Assembly: GCF_000143415.4 (NCBI RefSeq)
Contig: NW_003314431.1
Coordinates: 2,256 to 66,255 of the forward strand
Origin: Selaginella moellendorffii
Taxonomy: Eukaryota; Plantae; Lycopodiophyta
Direction: 5' to 3'
Length of the DNA stretch: 64,000 nt
The position numbers and the translations under genes are program-made. Numbering within the stretch: position 1 is the stretch's first letter; every line of letters begins with the position of its first letter. Of the stretch, positions 50,939 to 63,300 are shown one piece after another. Below the pieces are notes generated by a model that did no database searches, was not told the DNA's origin, and was given only the letters and a program-made list of their open reading frames with translations.

Positions 50939-52120
50939 ATGTGGCAAATGCTGCGTGAAGAAAGATGCCCTTTCTGGGCAAATGCTGTAAGAGGCAGATG
51001 CCGAGCAAATGTATCTCAGGCTAGCGAAGGGGACAAACGAAAGCTAGCTATAAACATGACGGGATGCAAATAGATTACTAGGCTGGTCTTGCGAAAATCA
51101 AAAACCATAATTGAAAACATTGAAAATGCAAAAAGAAAGGTTTATAATATTTTTGAATTTTAAGCAACAGGGCATGTGTTTGTAAGTTTAAAAATGCCTC
51201 AACCACTTAAATTCCCAAGTAAATAAAGCTGTTTCTATTTTTGGTACAGGTAAACTTTATAGCGTGTGGGCTCATGCAATTTTGAACCCAAAAATGCACC
51301 AAAAAATGCTCGACTAGCATTATTCTTTGAATGGCGTGTGGCCTTATATTGCCATAAATGGACGTACACACACAGCATAATTATTCCTTTACACGGCGAA
51401 TAATCTTGGCGCGGATCGCTGACATGGCATGGCAAAGTTCGAATCACTAACATGGCACAGCTGGATCAAGGCAAGGACATGATGTGACAAAGTTCAACCT
51501 CCGACAGCAAAGTCTAGAAGCTACTCAGTTTGAAATTTGTCAGAGGAATCATAAGATCTGGTTTGTCAGAGGATTTGATGTGACGTTCAAGTGTGTGTTA
51601 TTTTTGAATTCTCGAACTCATTCCTAGGTCTATCATTTTTGTGCGCCGTGTTCTTGGTTCCGCTGAGCGCAGTGAGCGCTGCTTGTGTAAGCGGCGTTGT
51701 GGGCTGTGGTTTATGCGTCTACGAGCGGTTGCGGCATTGCGAGCGGCAGTTTATGCGAGTGGCAGTTTGTGCGAGTGGCGCTACGAGCAGTTGCGGTGTT
51801 GCGAGCGGCACTACGAGTAGTTGCGGTGTTGCGAGCAGCACTGTCTTTGGTGTGGCTACCGCTTCCTCTTGATATTCGGCACTTGTGCTTCCTGGTATGT
51901 TCACCATGGAATGGCTTAGGACCACATTTAGAAATGGCATGAGGCCACATGCCATCTTGGGCCCTTGCAATTTCATGGCTAGCGTATTGTCATGTATGTT
52001 TTTACTTGCCTGCAGCTGTGTGTATATCAAGATGGCATGAGGCCTCATGCCAATTTTGTGAATGCGAAATTTCACGTGGGTGTCAATAGCATGTTTGAAT
52101 AATGGCATGTGCACTTTCAG

Positions 52121-55100
52121 AATGGCCTTCAGGGATGGGGAAAAGGTTTACATTTTGAATGGTGGGAAGAGAGTTGCAAAAGGGACCCTTGTGTCTATGG
52201 ATCGGAACTTTGTTATACACTGTCAAAGGCTTGGGGAAGGCAATGCTGTTGTATTAGTAGAGACTGTCTTCGATGGGAATGTGGTCGCTATTGAACAAGG
52301 AGAGATGGTCGTCGGGGTAAATGTTGTTGTTGCCTTGAAAAATCTTTAGAAGAAAGCAGATGTTGGGGACAGCACAAGTGCGACGCATGTTCCCTCCGTG
52401 GATCTTAAGAACCGTGCTACATGGATTCAGGCGAAGGTGTTTCTAAACAATCCCGAGGGGGAGGTGGTAGCTGAGGGCTTAGCAGCAGTTGTCGATCCAA
52501 GAGATGCGGTTGCTAATCAAAGAATTGGGCTGGGATGATATTGGAGTTGCGATTTTAGAGGTTGTTGACACAGAAGAAAACAGTCCGACTATTGGAAGCA
52601 TTGTGTGGTGGAAATTGAGGCACTTAGTGTTTGAGAATGTGAAGGATCCACAATCAAACACCACTACAACTGATGACAGAACATCTCTTCATGGGAAAAG
52701 AAAGTACACCTTCCTAAAGCGCAGCCAAAGGGATCTGAGCAACGAACCGAAAAGGCAGAAAATGGCGATGGAGGTTCGAATGGTCTCGACAGTTGCTTGT
52801 TGCAAGAGGAGGTGCTGTCAACATGCTGATTGGGATGCTATTGAAGAGGAGAGAGCAAGATACAAGACATTGTCCTGGAAGGCAGCTCGCAATTTTGTGT
52901 ATGAGGCATTACGGTCATCTGTTGATGCTTCAGAACATCAGGTGGGGGGCATGGTCTTCCAGAGGGGTTTGGTCTGCATGAAGGCATGGAGAATCATTTA
53001 TGGAGTCCCTCGAACCACATTCTACAGAATCAAAATTGAGTTCGAGGAACAAAGGGTTCAACAGGCAGTCCATGGGAACGACGGTACGCACAAAACCAGG
53101 GGTCATGTTGTATATGTAGAGGCAATCTTCAAGAGGTTTGTCGAGACATGTAGCGAGTAGCAACCACATAAAACCCGCCTCTTGGAAGATGGAACACGAG
53201 ACACCCAACGAGTTCTCCCTTCCATGTATACCAAGGGGGCCATATTGGAAGATGTGAATCGGGAACTCCAGAGTAATGGCTACAGGAAGCTGAGCCAATC
53301 TAGATTTAGTAGATTGTGGAGCAACAGATTCAGGGATGTGAGTATAGGAAAGTACTCCAGCTTTTCAAAGTGTGACGAGTGCACTGCTATCAAAATGGCT
53401 TTGTCGAAGAATTCTTGCAGTGCTCAAGAGCGAGAGATGTTGGTTAGAAGGCGGCTCGACCACAACATCGAGCAGAGAAGCTGCAGGACTGCATATTATC
53501 ATAACAGGATTCTCTCCATGGAGAGACCTGACTCTTACCTCTGCATCATCCACGACAAAATGGACTAGAAAAAGACATGCTTACCTCGACTCAATCCTGC
53601 CCCCAAGGCAATCTCTTCATCCATGCAGCTGCCTGTGTCTCTGTTTGGCATAATCGCTCATGGGCATGGTGCCCAGAACTATGGGAACTTCTTTGTACCT
53701 CTATGGGGTGGCGGGGGTGCAAATATGATGATTGCATCCCTAGCAAAACACTTAAGGTCTCTGCAAAGTGCGCAGACTGAGCTGAACGGCCAACCCTTGC
53801 ATAAGGCCCTTGTCGATCGAACCCCATACAGGGTTCAGCTGGAGGAGGAGCAAAGGCTTGCAGTATCGCGTGGGGCCCCATGCCATCCCAGTGAATATGT
53901 TGGCCGTCAGATTGTAGGGTTATCACGTGAGGCCTCATGCCATTCCGACGAGGCTGGTCGCCCGGTGAATGCACAGCCTCATCCAAACGAAGCAGAATCT
54001 CAAGGAAGTTCTTGCGGCCGATGTGGCCTTCCACCCCATCTTCTGCTCCAAACAGACAATGCTGGCAGTGAGAACAAAAACATGTACGTCTTCGCGTACT
54101 TGGCGATGCTTGTTGCCAAAGGCATATTTGAAATGGTTACACTTGGCTTTCTCATGGTTGGGCACACTCATGAAGACGTCGATGCCATGTTCAGTCACCT
54201 AGCAGAGTCCCTCCAACGATCCAATGTCCTCACCCTCCCACAACTCTACGATGAATTCCAAAATTGCATCAAAGGCACTGTTGAAGCTGCACTTCTGACA
54301 GAGGTTCCAGACTTTAAGGGGTTTGTAAGAGGCTACATCAGGGACGGATCCGAAACGCTGATTGGCCACTCCAAGCCTCTTCAGTTTCATTTCAGCATGT
54401 GTGACGGTGCTCCAGTGATGAGGTACAAGATGAGAGAATGGGACACAGTGTGGCTGCTAGTGGACGGCATTGAACTCTTCAAGAGAAATCCCATAACTGG
54501 GGAACCTATGATTCCTCAGGGTTCCCCACAGCCGATGCACCCGGATGGACTCAAAGACCAGGAAAGTATAGTGGCCGGGATTAGACAGCATATTGCCTTC
54601 TGGAAGAGGGGGTTGGTGTTTGGTGGAGAATCCTATTTTCAGAGGTGCAAGCCTTTGCTCGAATACTGGGAGAAAATTATATCTGCTATCAAAAATGGGC
54701 CGGTTGTATATGAAGAATTGGAAGAGTCCTTTTGGCCAGAACCCAGAGCACCAGATAGTAGCGGAACAATGTCCTCTGGAAATGCAGTGACAGATAACGA
54801 TGTTGAGGATCACTATTGTGGGCCGAGGAACAAGAAGCCGGATTCAGCATTCAATCCAGTACAGGTCTGCAAAGGAATGGTCGTGCTTGTCAGACCCAGT
54901 AATAAAAAACAAATGATATGGGTGGGGCGCTGCATCACTGATGCAGAGGAGGACGTGGAAACTAACTCCTTCAATGTAACTGTGGAGTGGTTCAAGCCAA
55001 GTTCCGGATATACGAAGGATTGCCTAGAAAAGAGATGGGTGCTGAATCCAAGGGATCCCAGCATGAGCATATCGGTGGATAATGTTGTGCATGGTTGGAT

Positions 55101-55191
55101 GCGGAAGCAGAGTGCCACCATCACCTTGCCAGACCATGCAAGAGATGCAGCAAGAGCATTCATAACCCGGGTTCAAGGTGAGATTCATTAA
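52121..55191 (+). pseudogene. Sola-like DDD transposase (three in-frame TAG stops and one frameshift)
   Basis: CCKRRCC, VCMKAWRIIYGV, FSKCDEC, IIHDKMD (D1), LQTDNAGSENKN (D2) and FLMVGHTHEDVDAMFS (D3); ORFs at 52489, 53182 and 53623 share one frame; frameshift near 52520. Confidence 0.8.
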
Positions 55192-58100
55192 TATTCCTTT
55201 ACTAAGTTTCTAATGTATTTTATTTCAAGGTGAACAATCCGAATCTGAATCAGAGGAGGCGTGATGGCATGTGGCCTTATGCCATTCCTAGGTGAGATGA
55301 TACAAATAACAAGTATAAATTCTTAGTTTTTCTAGCAAATCTTACTTAAAGTTCAAGGTGAACAAGCCGAATATGAATTCATCGGATTGTTATAACAAAT
55401 TGCGAGGTGATGGCATGAGGCGATACACCATTTGAGAGTGGTAGCCATTCCTATATGAGGTGAGTGAAATATTTATTAGAAATACCTCATTCAATTGTGC
55501 ACTTCTAAGTCTTGGTCCACTCAGTACTGTTTGCATGTTTTTATTTTAATTCTTTCTCTAAAATGTTATTTAGCATGTGGCTTCATGCCATTGCTCTCCA
55601 CAATCATGCATTGAATTTTTCTATCCTTGCATAATACTTCTCCATATATATAGCATGTGCGCACATGTGATATGGTTCATTAGGCCTGATATAGTGTGTG
55701 AGGTAAAACAAAGATGATGTGACATATGCATTTACCAATCACACGTGCATAAATCTAATAATATGGCGTGTGGCCCATATTAATGGCACATAAACCCATA
55801 TTGTGGGCTTACGTGCTTTATGTACCATCATTCCCTTGCAGCGTGTGTGTTGGTTTCCTTTTATAACACAACGAACTCCATATTTTAGGGTGAAGAGCGT
55901 TCTCATGGCAAGCACAAAATCTGTAAGTGAGGCAGAAAAGGAGACGGAGAAGGAGATAGGTGAAGATGTAGAATATATAAGTCTTCCAAACTCCCCGTAC
56001 TATACTCCAGGTGATCATTTTTCTGAACAAACGGCAACATTAACAACTATCGAGAACGCCCCAGTAACGTCAGGGACAACAATCCAAAGCAAAACAACTG
56101 ACCCGGAGAAGGATGATAGTACCGCTGAGAGTACCAAAAAGGAGGTGTCCACTAGCGCTTAGGCTTATAATGGCGTGTGCCCTCATGCCATTTACTTGAT
56201 CACCAAATACCTTTTTCCCTTTGCACTAGTATATCTTAATAGCGGTCTGAGAAATAGAATGGCATGTGCCCTCAGGCCTTTTACTAAATCACCTTTGAAA
56301 GAAATGCAAGCCTCTATGTCGTAAAAAAAAGGTACTAGAGAAATTCCTTAATAATATGAATGTTATTTAGTTTCATGAAAATTTCAAGGGTCAAATGAGT
56401 TAAATGACTTCTCCAGACTAGCAATGCCTCTTGCTACACCTTCACAATTAGATTCGTTAGAAAAAGATAACATTGAATAATATCTAAATGTTCTCACCAT
56501 TAAGTTATATGTCTGGCTAATAGGAATGACGTTCATCTTGGAAAGCTCACCACACGCTCAATGAACAAACAAATAGTGTGTGCGTGCATGCCATCGCTCT
56601 TCTTTAGCTTTAGATTCGGCTTGTTCACCTTGACAATGAGATTTATTATACAACCAGATGGACTCAGTCTGGACATAAAGTCACCGCGCTAGTCACCATG
56701 CCCCAGATATGTCTAGCCCCTGGACAAAAAACATATAATTTCACGTCATTTTCAAATACTTGAAAATTTGTACCTAGTCCCATTTTACTGAATAAATCCC
56801 ACTTTAACGAAATAGAGCTTCTAAGGGCTCTCTCATCAAGCAATTGCCCCTTTTCCAGTTGGCTTAAGAGGAGAGAGATAAGGTGCGCTACAGTTGGTAT
56901 TGGAGCAAATGGCACGGGTTCGATTCCCATTGATTAGTGGCTACTTAAAAATATAATATACCCTTGAGCAAGGGGAAGGAATTCCTCTTGTGTGGAGTAT
57001 CCACGGACGAAGGTATCCACCGTGGGACTGCGGTACGGGTGGATGACTAGTTGCCTCACATGGAATAGCTGGTCTACACAATGGAAGGATTGGTAAATTG
57101 AGTGCGGAAATGGAGGTGTTAGTTCCCCTTGGCTCAGTAGGGGTTGTTAGTCAATAGTCAATGAGGATATTGACATCTCTGAAGGGGGGGTGAGTGTAGC
57201 GCATGTGATCATGAGATGAGATTTGGATATACTGTCACCGTGGATCCTTAGAACCTTGGGGGATAAATGGGGATAAAATAGCCACTAAGGGCTCTCTCAT
57301 CAAGCAATTGCCCCTTTTCCAGTTGGCTTAAGGGGAGAGAGATAAGGTGCGCTACAGTTGGTATCGGAGTTTGAGTTAGTTGTGTTCTAAACGAGATTAT
57401 TTAGTAGGGGTTGAGCTTTGAGCTTTTCCTTGAAAAGTGATTTAGTCATGGACTATGCTAACTCTACAAGTGGGAGAGTTAGTGATCGATATTGGAATAT
57501 TTGAATCCTTATGGGATTTTAGTTGAAATATATCTATCATTGATGATTCTTCTTGTGCTTGTTATGAAGTGAGTTACGTCTTGCTATAGATGGATTCATG
57601 GAGGATCATTTAGTGGTCACTTGTTGAGCATAGTTTCATTATGCTTGGTTTTTGGATTGATGCAAATTTGCTCTTCATTAGCTTTGTATTATGAAATTTT
57701 GCTTATGGAAGTGTTGAAGAGGATATTGTGGGTTGTACCATGATTTCTCTTTAGCATTGACGTTAGTTCATGCGAAACTCGTAATCATTATTAGGCAAGA
57801 CTTGGCTATAGACTTCTTTAAGCTTGTGGTTCTTTGAGTTTTTCATGCTCATTGTTCCATTTGTTAGGATTTTGGCTCATTAGCTTCGATATTGATGTTG
57901 GTATTTGCATCTAGCAATCATTGGTGATGATTGACTATCATCTAGGAAAGTTGATTGTCCTCATCAAAAGATTTTGCTTGATTATTGTTTGTTTGGAATT
58001 ATTTGCTATTCTTCGGGGTGGTGGATTCCTGCTTGATGATGATTTGGCATATCTTTTTGATGGGATAATTCATGATCTTTCATGATGGTTAATTATTCTC

Positions 58101-59231
58101 TTTGATGGCTTTTGGCTTTTCGCAATACCACATGTTCTTTGTGGTTTGCTCTGGATTGGTCTCTTGGGTTTGAGACATCGATAGGATGTTGCTGACACTT
58201 GCTTAGGCAACTTGAGTTCCTTGGTATTGTTGGCTGGGATCTATTCAAATTGGCTTTTGTGATAGTTGGCAGGAATGAGTGTTTGTTGGTCTTACCACAT
58301 TCATTCTCTTCTGTTGATTGTTGCTCGAGTTAGTTTTGATAGATTTGGATGTTATTTCTTTTGGGTGATACATTCGCGAGCATTTTGCTTGTCAGTCAAT
58401 GATACTTTGTGTTCTTTGAGTTATCTTTGGTAAGTTGTTCGGCATACTATCTGCCATCTTCGATAGTTAAGTTTGGTCATTGAGTTTTCTTGATGATACA
58501 CTTGCTATTGAATTTTGTTGGATGGTCATTCCTATGTTTACCAATTATGATGATCTTGGTGGTTCCTCTACTCTACTACTGGTTTATCGGATGATAGCTT
58601 ACTTGGAATACTTTTGTGTTCTAATCTAAGATTTATTCCCTGATAATTCAGACTCTAAGATATCATTGTCTATGACTTTAATATTGTCCATCTATTGATC
58701 TTTGAGTTTGGGGCAGTATAGGCAGACTGGCTTCGGCACTTCGTGTGCATGTTGAAATCTCTAGTCATGGGGTAGCTACTGTCAACTGGTCACATAACCC
58801 GCCTCTCTGTCGATGTTCCTTGTTCCGTGAAAGGGTGTGACCGTGTAAACAACTCTACCTGCCTGTTTACAGTAGTCTATCTAAACCTTACCGACGGGTT
58901 TGGTTTCTTTGCTCAGGAGGGTTGGGGCCTCTGGCTTCTCTCTCTATGTTCCTGCGGGCAGGGGCATATCACACTTTTATAAGCTGGGTGACAACCAGAG
59001 CAGCAAGGGTGGCTGACTCCGTTGGTCATTTCCTTGTCGGTGACGGCCAGAAGGTGTCTGAGCTGGTAGCGCATCCGCGTTAGACAAAGAGGTTACCCCT
59101 AACTCATTTAAGTTGGTGCATTTCTCACATAGTGTGAATACCGTGAACTTTTTGTGGAGTTGTTTCCTTGGCGGTATTCTAGACTCGAGTGTGCATTGAC
59201 GAGGACGTCGATCTTCCCTAGGGGGGGAGAG

Positions 59232-60365
59232 TGTCGCGCATGTGACTTCGGGTATCGAAAGTTATTTGTCGACCAGTCCTTACGGACACTCTTACCTTAC
59301 TGCCACGATGGCAGGAGGTCAGTATTGCTGGACCCTTTATCAGTCCCTCTTGTTCAAGTGTTAGTAAACTGGACTTTGCATCTGTACTTGGCCAGATGAG
59401 CATAAGGACGGAATTCCTAAGTGTCTATTCAGCTAAGCATACTTGGCCCGGCTTTTTAGTTCTCTTTTGCTCTATCTTGCACTGGCTTGACAAGAACCCT
59501 CGCGTATTGAGATTAGTCCCTCAATATCGCTACATGATAGCTTACCGTGTCTGCCAAACACCCTCGCTATCATGCCCTTTGTGTTAGTCTCATTTTCGGT
59601 CCCAAATGCTATTTATGGAAAGTGTCCAGATTTGCTCATTTGGCATATCTACGGAATGTAGAGATTGTCCTGAACACAATGGTGTTCGTCCCGTGTCCAA
59701 ATTCGCAATCTAGGGACATTCCATATTTAGTACGTTTCGAGCTTGTCCCAGAGACTAACTCCTGATACTAAGGGAGGCTTGGGGTGAAAGCCCAAAGCAT
59801 GTGTTCCTCAAGGGGGGCAGGCTATAGGGGGTTCCAAATGTATAGTAGGGATAGTGGGTAGGTCGGGCATGGCCGACCAACCTGAGGCATAGTCTAGCTC
59901 CCGCTTGCGTGCCTGTCCTTGTTCTGCGTCCGGCTTGGGTCTAAGCCCAAGTTCCATTCCATGCTAGCTGGTGGAGTACCCATATCCTCACGTTAGGCCA
60001 CCAGTATGCCGAAATAGCGCCAGATTTTGTTTGGCTCCGTTTTGCGTGCTGGTCCTAGCATTGGGATGCTGGTTACTCTAGGACTGTTCCAAGTCTCTCC
60101 AGGCCCCTGTCCCTTCACTCTTTGGGCATTATGCTCGGGAGTTGCTCCGTGGTTCGGTTCCATCACTCCTTGGCTCCATGCTTGGGAGTTTGGCACCGTT
60201 CCTTCATTCAGTGGCCCAAGGCCCTGAACCTCGGGTTCCTATGGACACGTGGCATATGACACGTGGCATCTGTCACGTGGCACAAAGAGGGTTTAGGTTC
60301 TGCTTCGTGGTGTTATCCTATGGTAAATCACCATAGGATAAAGGGTCAAAATCATGTGCACTACA
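59232..60365 (+). repeat. LTR family A copy (1134 bp)
   Basis: Reverse-complement homolog of 41072-42216; TGTCGCGCA...GTGCACTACA ends; preceded by a PPT. Confidence 0.9.
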
Positions 60366-63300
60366 GCAACATCCTTTTGATGTCTCAAACCCAATAGACC
60401 AATCCAGAGCAAACCACAAAGAACATGTGGTAGTGCGAAAAGCCATAAGCCATCGAAGAAAACAACTAATTATCATGAAAGATCATCAATCATCCCATCA
60501 ATGAAAAGATGCAGAATCATCATTGAAGAAAGAATCTACTATCCCAAAGAATAGCAAATCTTTCTTTATCAATAATAATCAAGCAAAACCTTTTGACAAG
60601 GATAATCAACTATCCTAGATGATAGTCAATCATCACCAATGATTGCTAGATGCAAGAGCCAACTACAACATCGAAGCTAATAAGCCAAAATGCCTTCCCC
60701 AACAACTTCTAACAAATGGTCCACAAGCATGAAAACTTAATGAACCAAAAGCTTGAAAAAGCCTATAACCAAGTTGTACCTAACAATGATCACAAGTCTC
60801 GCATGAACTAATTTCAATGCTAAAGAAGAAATCATGGTATAACCCACAGTATCCTCCTCAACACATCTAGAAGCTAAACTTCATAATACAAAGCTAATGA
60901 AGAGCACCTCTGCATCAATCTAAAAGCTAAGCATAATGGAGTTATGCTCAACAAGTGATCACGAAATGACCTTCCATGAATCCATCTTTAGCAAAACGTA
61001 ACGCACTAAATAACAAGCACAAGAAAAATCATCAATGATCGATATATTCAAATTGAAATTCAATAAGGATTCAATCACTTCAATACCAATCACTAACTCT
61101 TTCCCTCATAAAGTTAGCATAGTCCACGACTAAATCATTTTTCAAGGAAAAGCCAAAACTCAACCCCTACTAAATAATCTCGTCTAGAACACAACTAACT
61201 CAAACTTACCACTGAGCTCATTTGAATGCTAACATAGTTGCTAACTAGTAAATGCATGAATGCCAATAACACAAGCCATATCCAAATCATCAACACTATC
61301 TTTATCAAGACTAATGAAACTCAACATCAATCTTGCGGAGAGACATCTCATTTCATTGAAATCTCAATATCAACAATGTCAATGACAAAGCATCACTTTA
61401 ATGCCATCAATACCATAACAAAGCTAGAAGAAAGCAAAAGTGAATCACCACTTATAACTCCCTTAGCAACTAAGCTAACCAAAGTCGGAGATACTTTACT
61501 CAATATCCGAAGCTGGTTGTCGAGGCGGAGTCTGGATCGAAATGAGTCATGCCGTCTGCCCTTTTTCTGCTCTTTTGTCTCTTTTTTNNNNNNNNNNNNN
61601 NNNNNNNNNNNNNNNNNNNNNNNNNNNNNNNNNNNNNNNNNNNNNNNNNNNNNNNNNNNNNNNNNNNNNNNNNNNNNNNNNNNNNNNNNNNNNNNNNNNN
61701 NNNNNNNNNNNNNNNNNNNNNNNNNNNNNNNNNNNNNNNNNNNNNNNNNNNNNNNNNNNNNNNNNNNNNNNNNNNNNNNNNNNNNNNNNNNNNNNNNNNN
61801 NNNNNNNNNNNNNNNNNNNNNNNNNNNNNNNNNNNNNNNNNNNNNNNNNNNNNNNNNNNNNNNNNNNNNNNNNNNNNNNNNNNNNNNNNNNNNNNNNNNN
61901 NNNNNNNNNNNNNNNNNNNNNNNNNNNNNNNNNNNNNNNNNNNNNNNNNNNNNNNNNNNNNNNNNNNNNNNNNNNNNNNNNNNNNNNNNNNNNNNNNNNN
62001 NNNNNNNNNNNNNNNNNNNNNNNNNNNNNNNNNNNNNNNNNNNNNNNNNNNNNNNNNNNNNNNNNNNNNNNNNNNNNNNNNNNNNNNNNNNNNNNNNNNN
62101 NNNNNNNNNNNNNNNNNNNNNNNNNNNNNNNNNNNNNNNNNNNNNNNNNNNNNNNNNNNNNNNNNNNNNNNNNNNNNNNNNNNNNNNNNNNNNNNNNNNN
62201 NNNNNNNNNNNNNNNNNNNNNNNNNNNNNNNNNNNNNNNNNNNNNNNNNNNNNNNNNNNNNNNNNNNNNNNNNNNNNNNNNNNNNNNNNNNNNNNNNNNN
62301 NNNNNNNNNNNNNNNNNNNNNNNNNNNNNNNNNNNNNNNNNCAACCTCCTCATAGACAAAGTTATAGTACGGGTACCAACATCTCAGCCACAAACAACTA
62401 AGTTGGACATCACCATCCTCAGCCAAGGAGCAGGGCCACCAAGACTAAGTCAAGACCAGTGAGAGCTCACTACTCTCATAGAGTTTAATGAAATGCAAGG
62501 TGCAATCTGCCACCAAGCACAATGCTATAGAAGAAAGGCACAAGGGTCACCTTCTTAGAAAAACGCAACGGCCACTTTTCTACACCAACTCCAGACTTTA
62601 TCAACTTAATTGCTTTAGCCCCAAAAATTAGCGTCCCTTTCGGGTTGCATCATATAAACTACCTACTAAGGTCTAAGCCAACCGAAGTCAACTCCAACCC
62701 CTTCACTAGTTTGTACTGGCTTACGAAAACGGAATGGTTTTCGAGCAAAATGATCTATAGATCAGCCATTGGAAAAGTCTAAGAAAATTTGTGGAAAATT
62801 TTCTATCCTAGAGAAAGAATGACTCTCAGTCTAGAAATACAAACTTTCAAGACTCAACCAACTTCCTCCTACTTACAACTTCACATAGGTTCACCTCAAC
62901 ACAAATTCTTATGATCCAACAATATGCTTAAGCATCGAACATTTTTTTGCTTATAATTTTGACATCAAACTCTGATATCCGCAAAAATGCAAAATGAACA
63001 TCAAAGGCTTGATCACAAAGACCACATCTTTAAATATCCATATTGCACTAACACTCTTCTTCAATCACCTTCAAGATCCAATGTAAAGCCAAAACACTAA
63101 CAAGAAAAATGACATGGAAAATCAAGCTCTAAAGAAAAATTCCTCATCACTCGAAATAATAATGCCACTTCCACCAACGCAAGTGCTAGCGATGTCAATG
63201 CTTCAACTACACACCTTCTCCATCCAAAAATCTACTCTAAGTGCTAACAGATCAACCGATGAGCTATAGCAAATGAATGCTACAACCCTTTTCCAACATC

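Larger units (their letters stand above)
43443..56594. repeat. Dispersed 22-bp palindrome ATGGCRTGWGGCCWCAYGCCAT, ~27 copies
   Basis: Copies start at about 43443, 43732, 44809, 44884, 46227, 46368, 47858, 49135, 49195, 49272, 50037, 50172, 50331, 50410, 51259, 51331, 51934, 52032, 53865, 53922, 55264, 55410, 55570, 55763, 56170, 56259 and 56573. Confidence 0.9.
43346..56820. mobile_element. 13.5-kb Sola-like DNA transposon with cargo genes
   Basis: TIRs AAGCT(T/C)TATTTCGTTAAAGTGGGA (43346-43369 and 56797-56820, 23/24 match); TSD CTAA; empty site GCCACTAAGGGCTC is intact in the sister LTR at ~57281; internal DDD transposase. Confidence 0.92.
43252..60365 (+). mobile_element. Composite retroelement insertion: TRIM-B (LTR-interior-LTR) + PBS + family-A interior + LTR-A
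   Basis: Perfect TSD GCAAC (43247-43251 and 60366-60370); LTR-B at 43252-43345 plus 56825-56892 and at 57195-57356; PPT at 59220-59231; LTR-A at 59232-60365. Confidence 0.88.

Noticed and set aside
52347-53568. Repeated in-frame TAG/TGA stops suggesting readthrough or an alternative genetic code
   Set aside because: Consistent with C>T decay of CAG/CGA codons in methylated TEs; frameshifts co-occur and all TE classes here show the same pattern.
55803-56162. 119-aa ORF near the right end of the giant element
   Set aside because: Low-complexity T/E/S-rich sequence with no motif; may be an exon but cannot be assigned.
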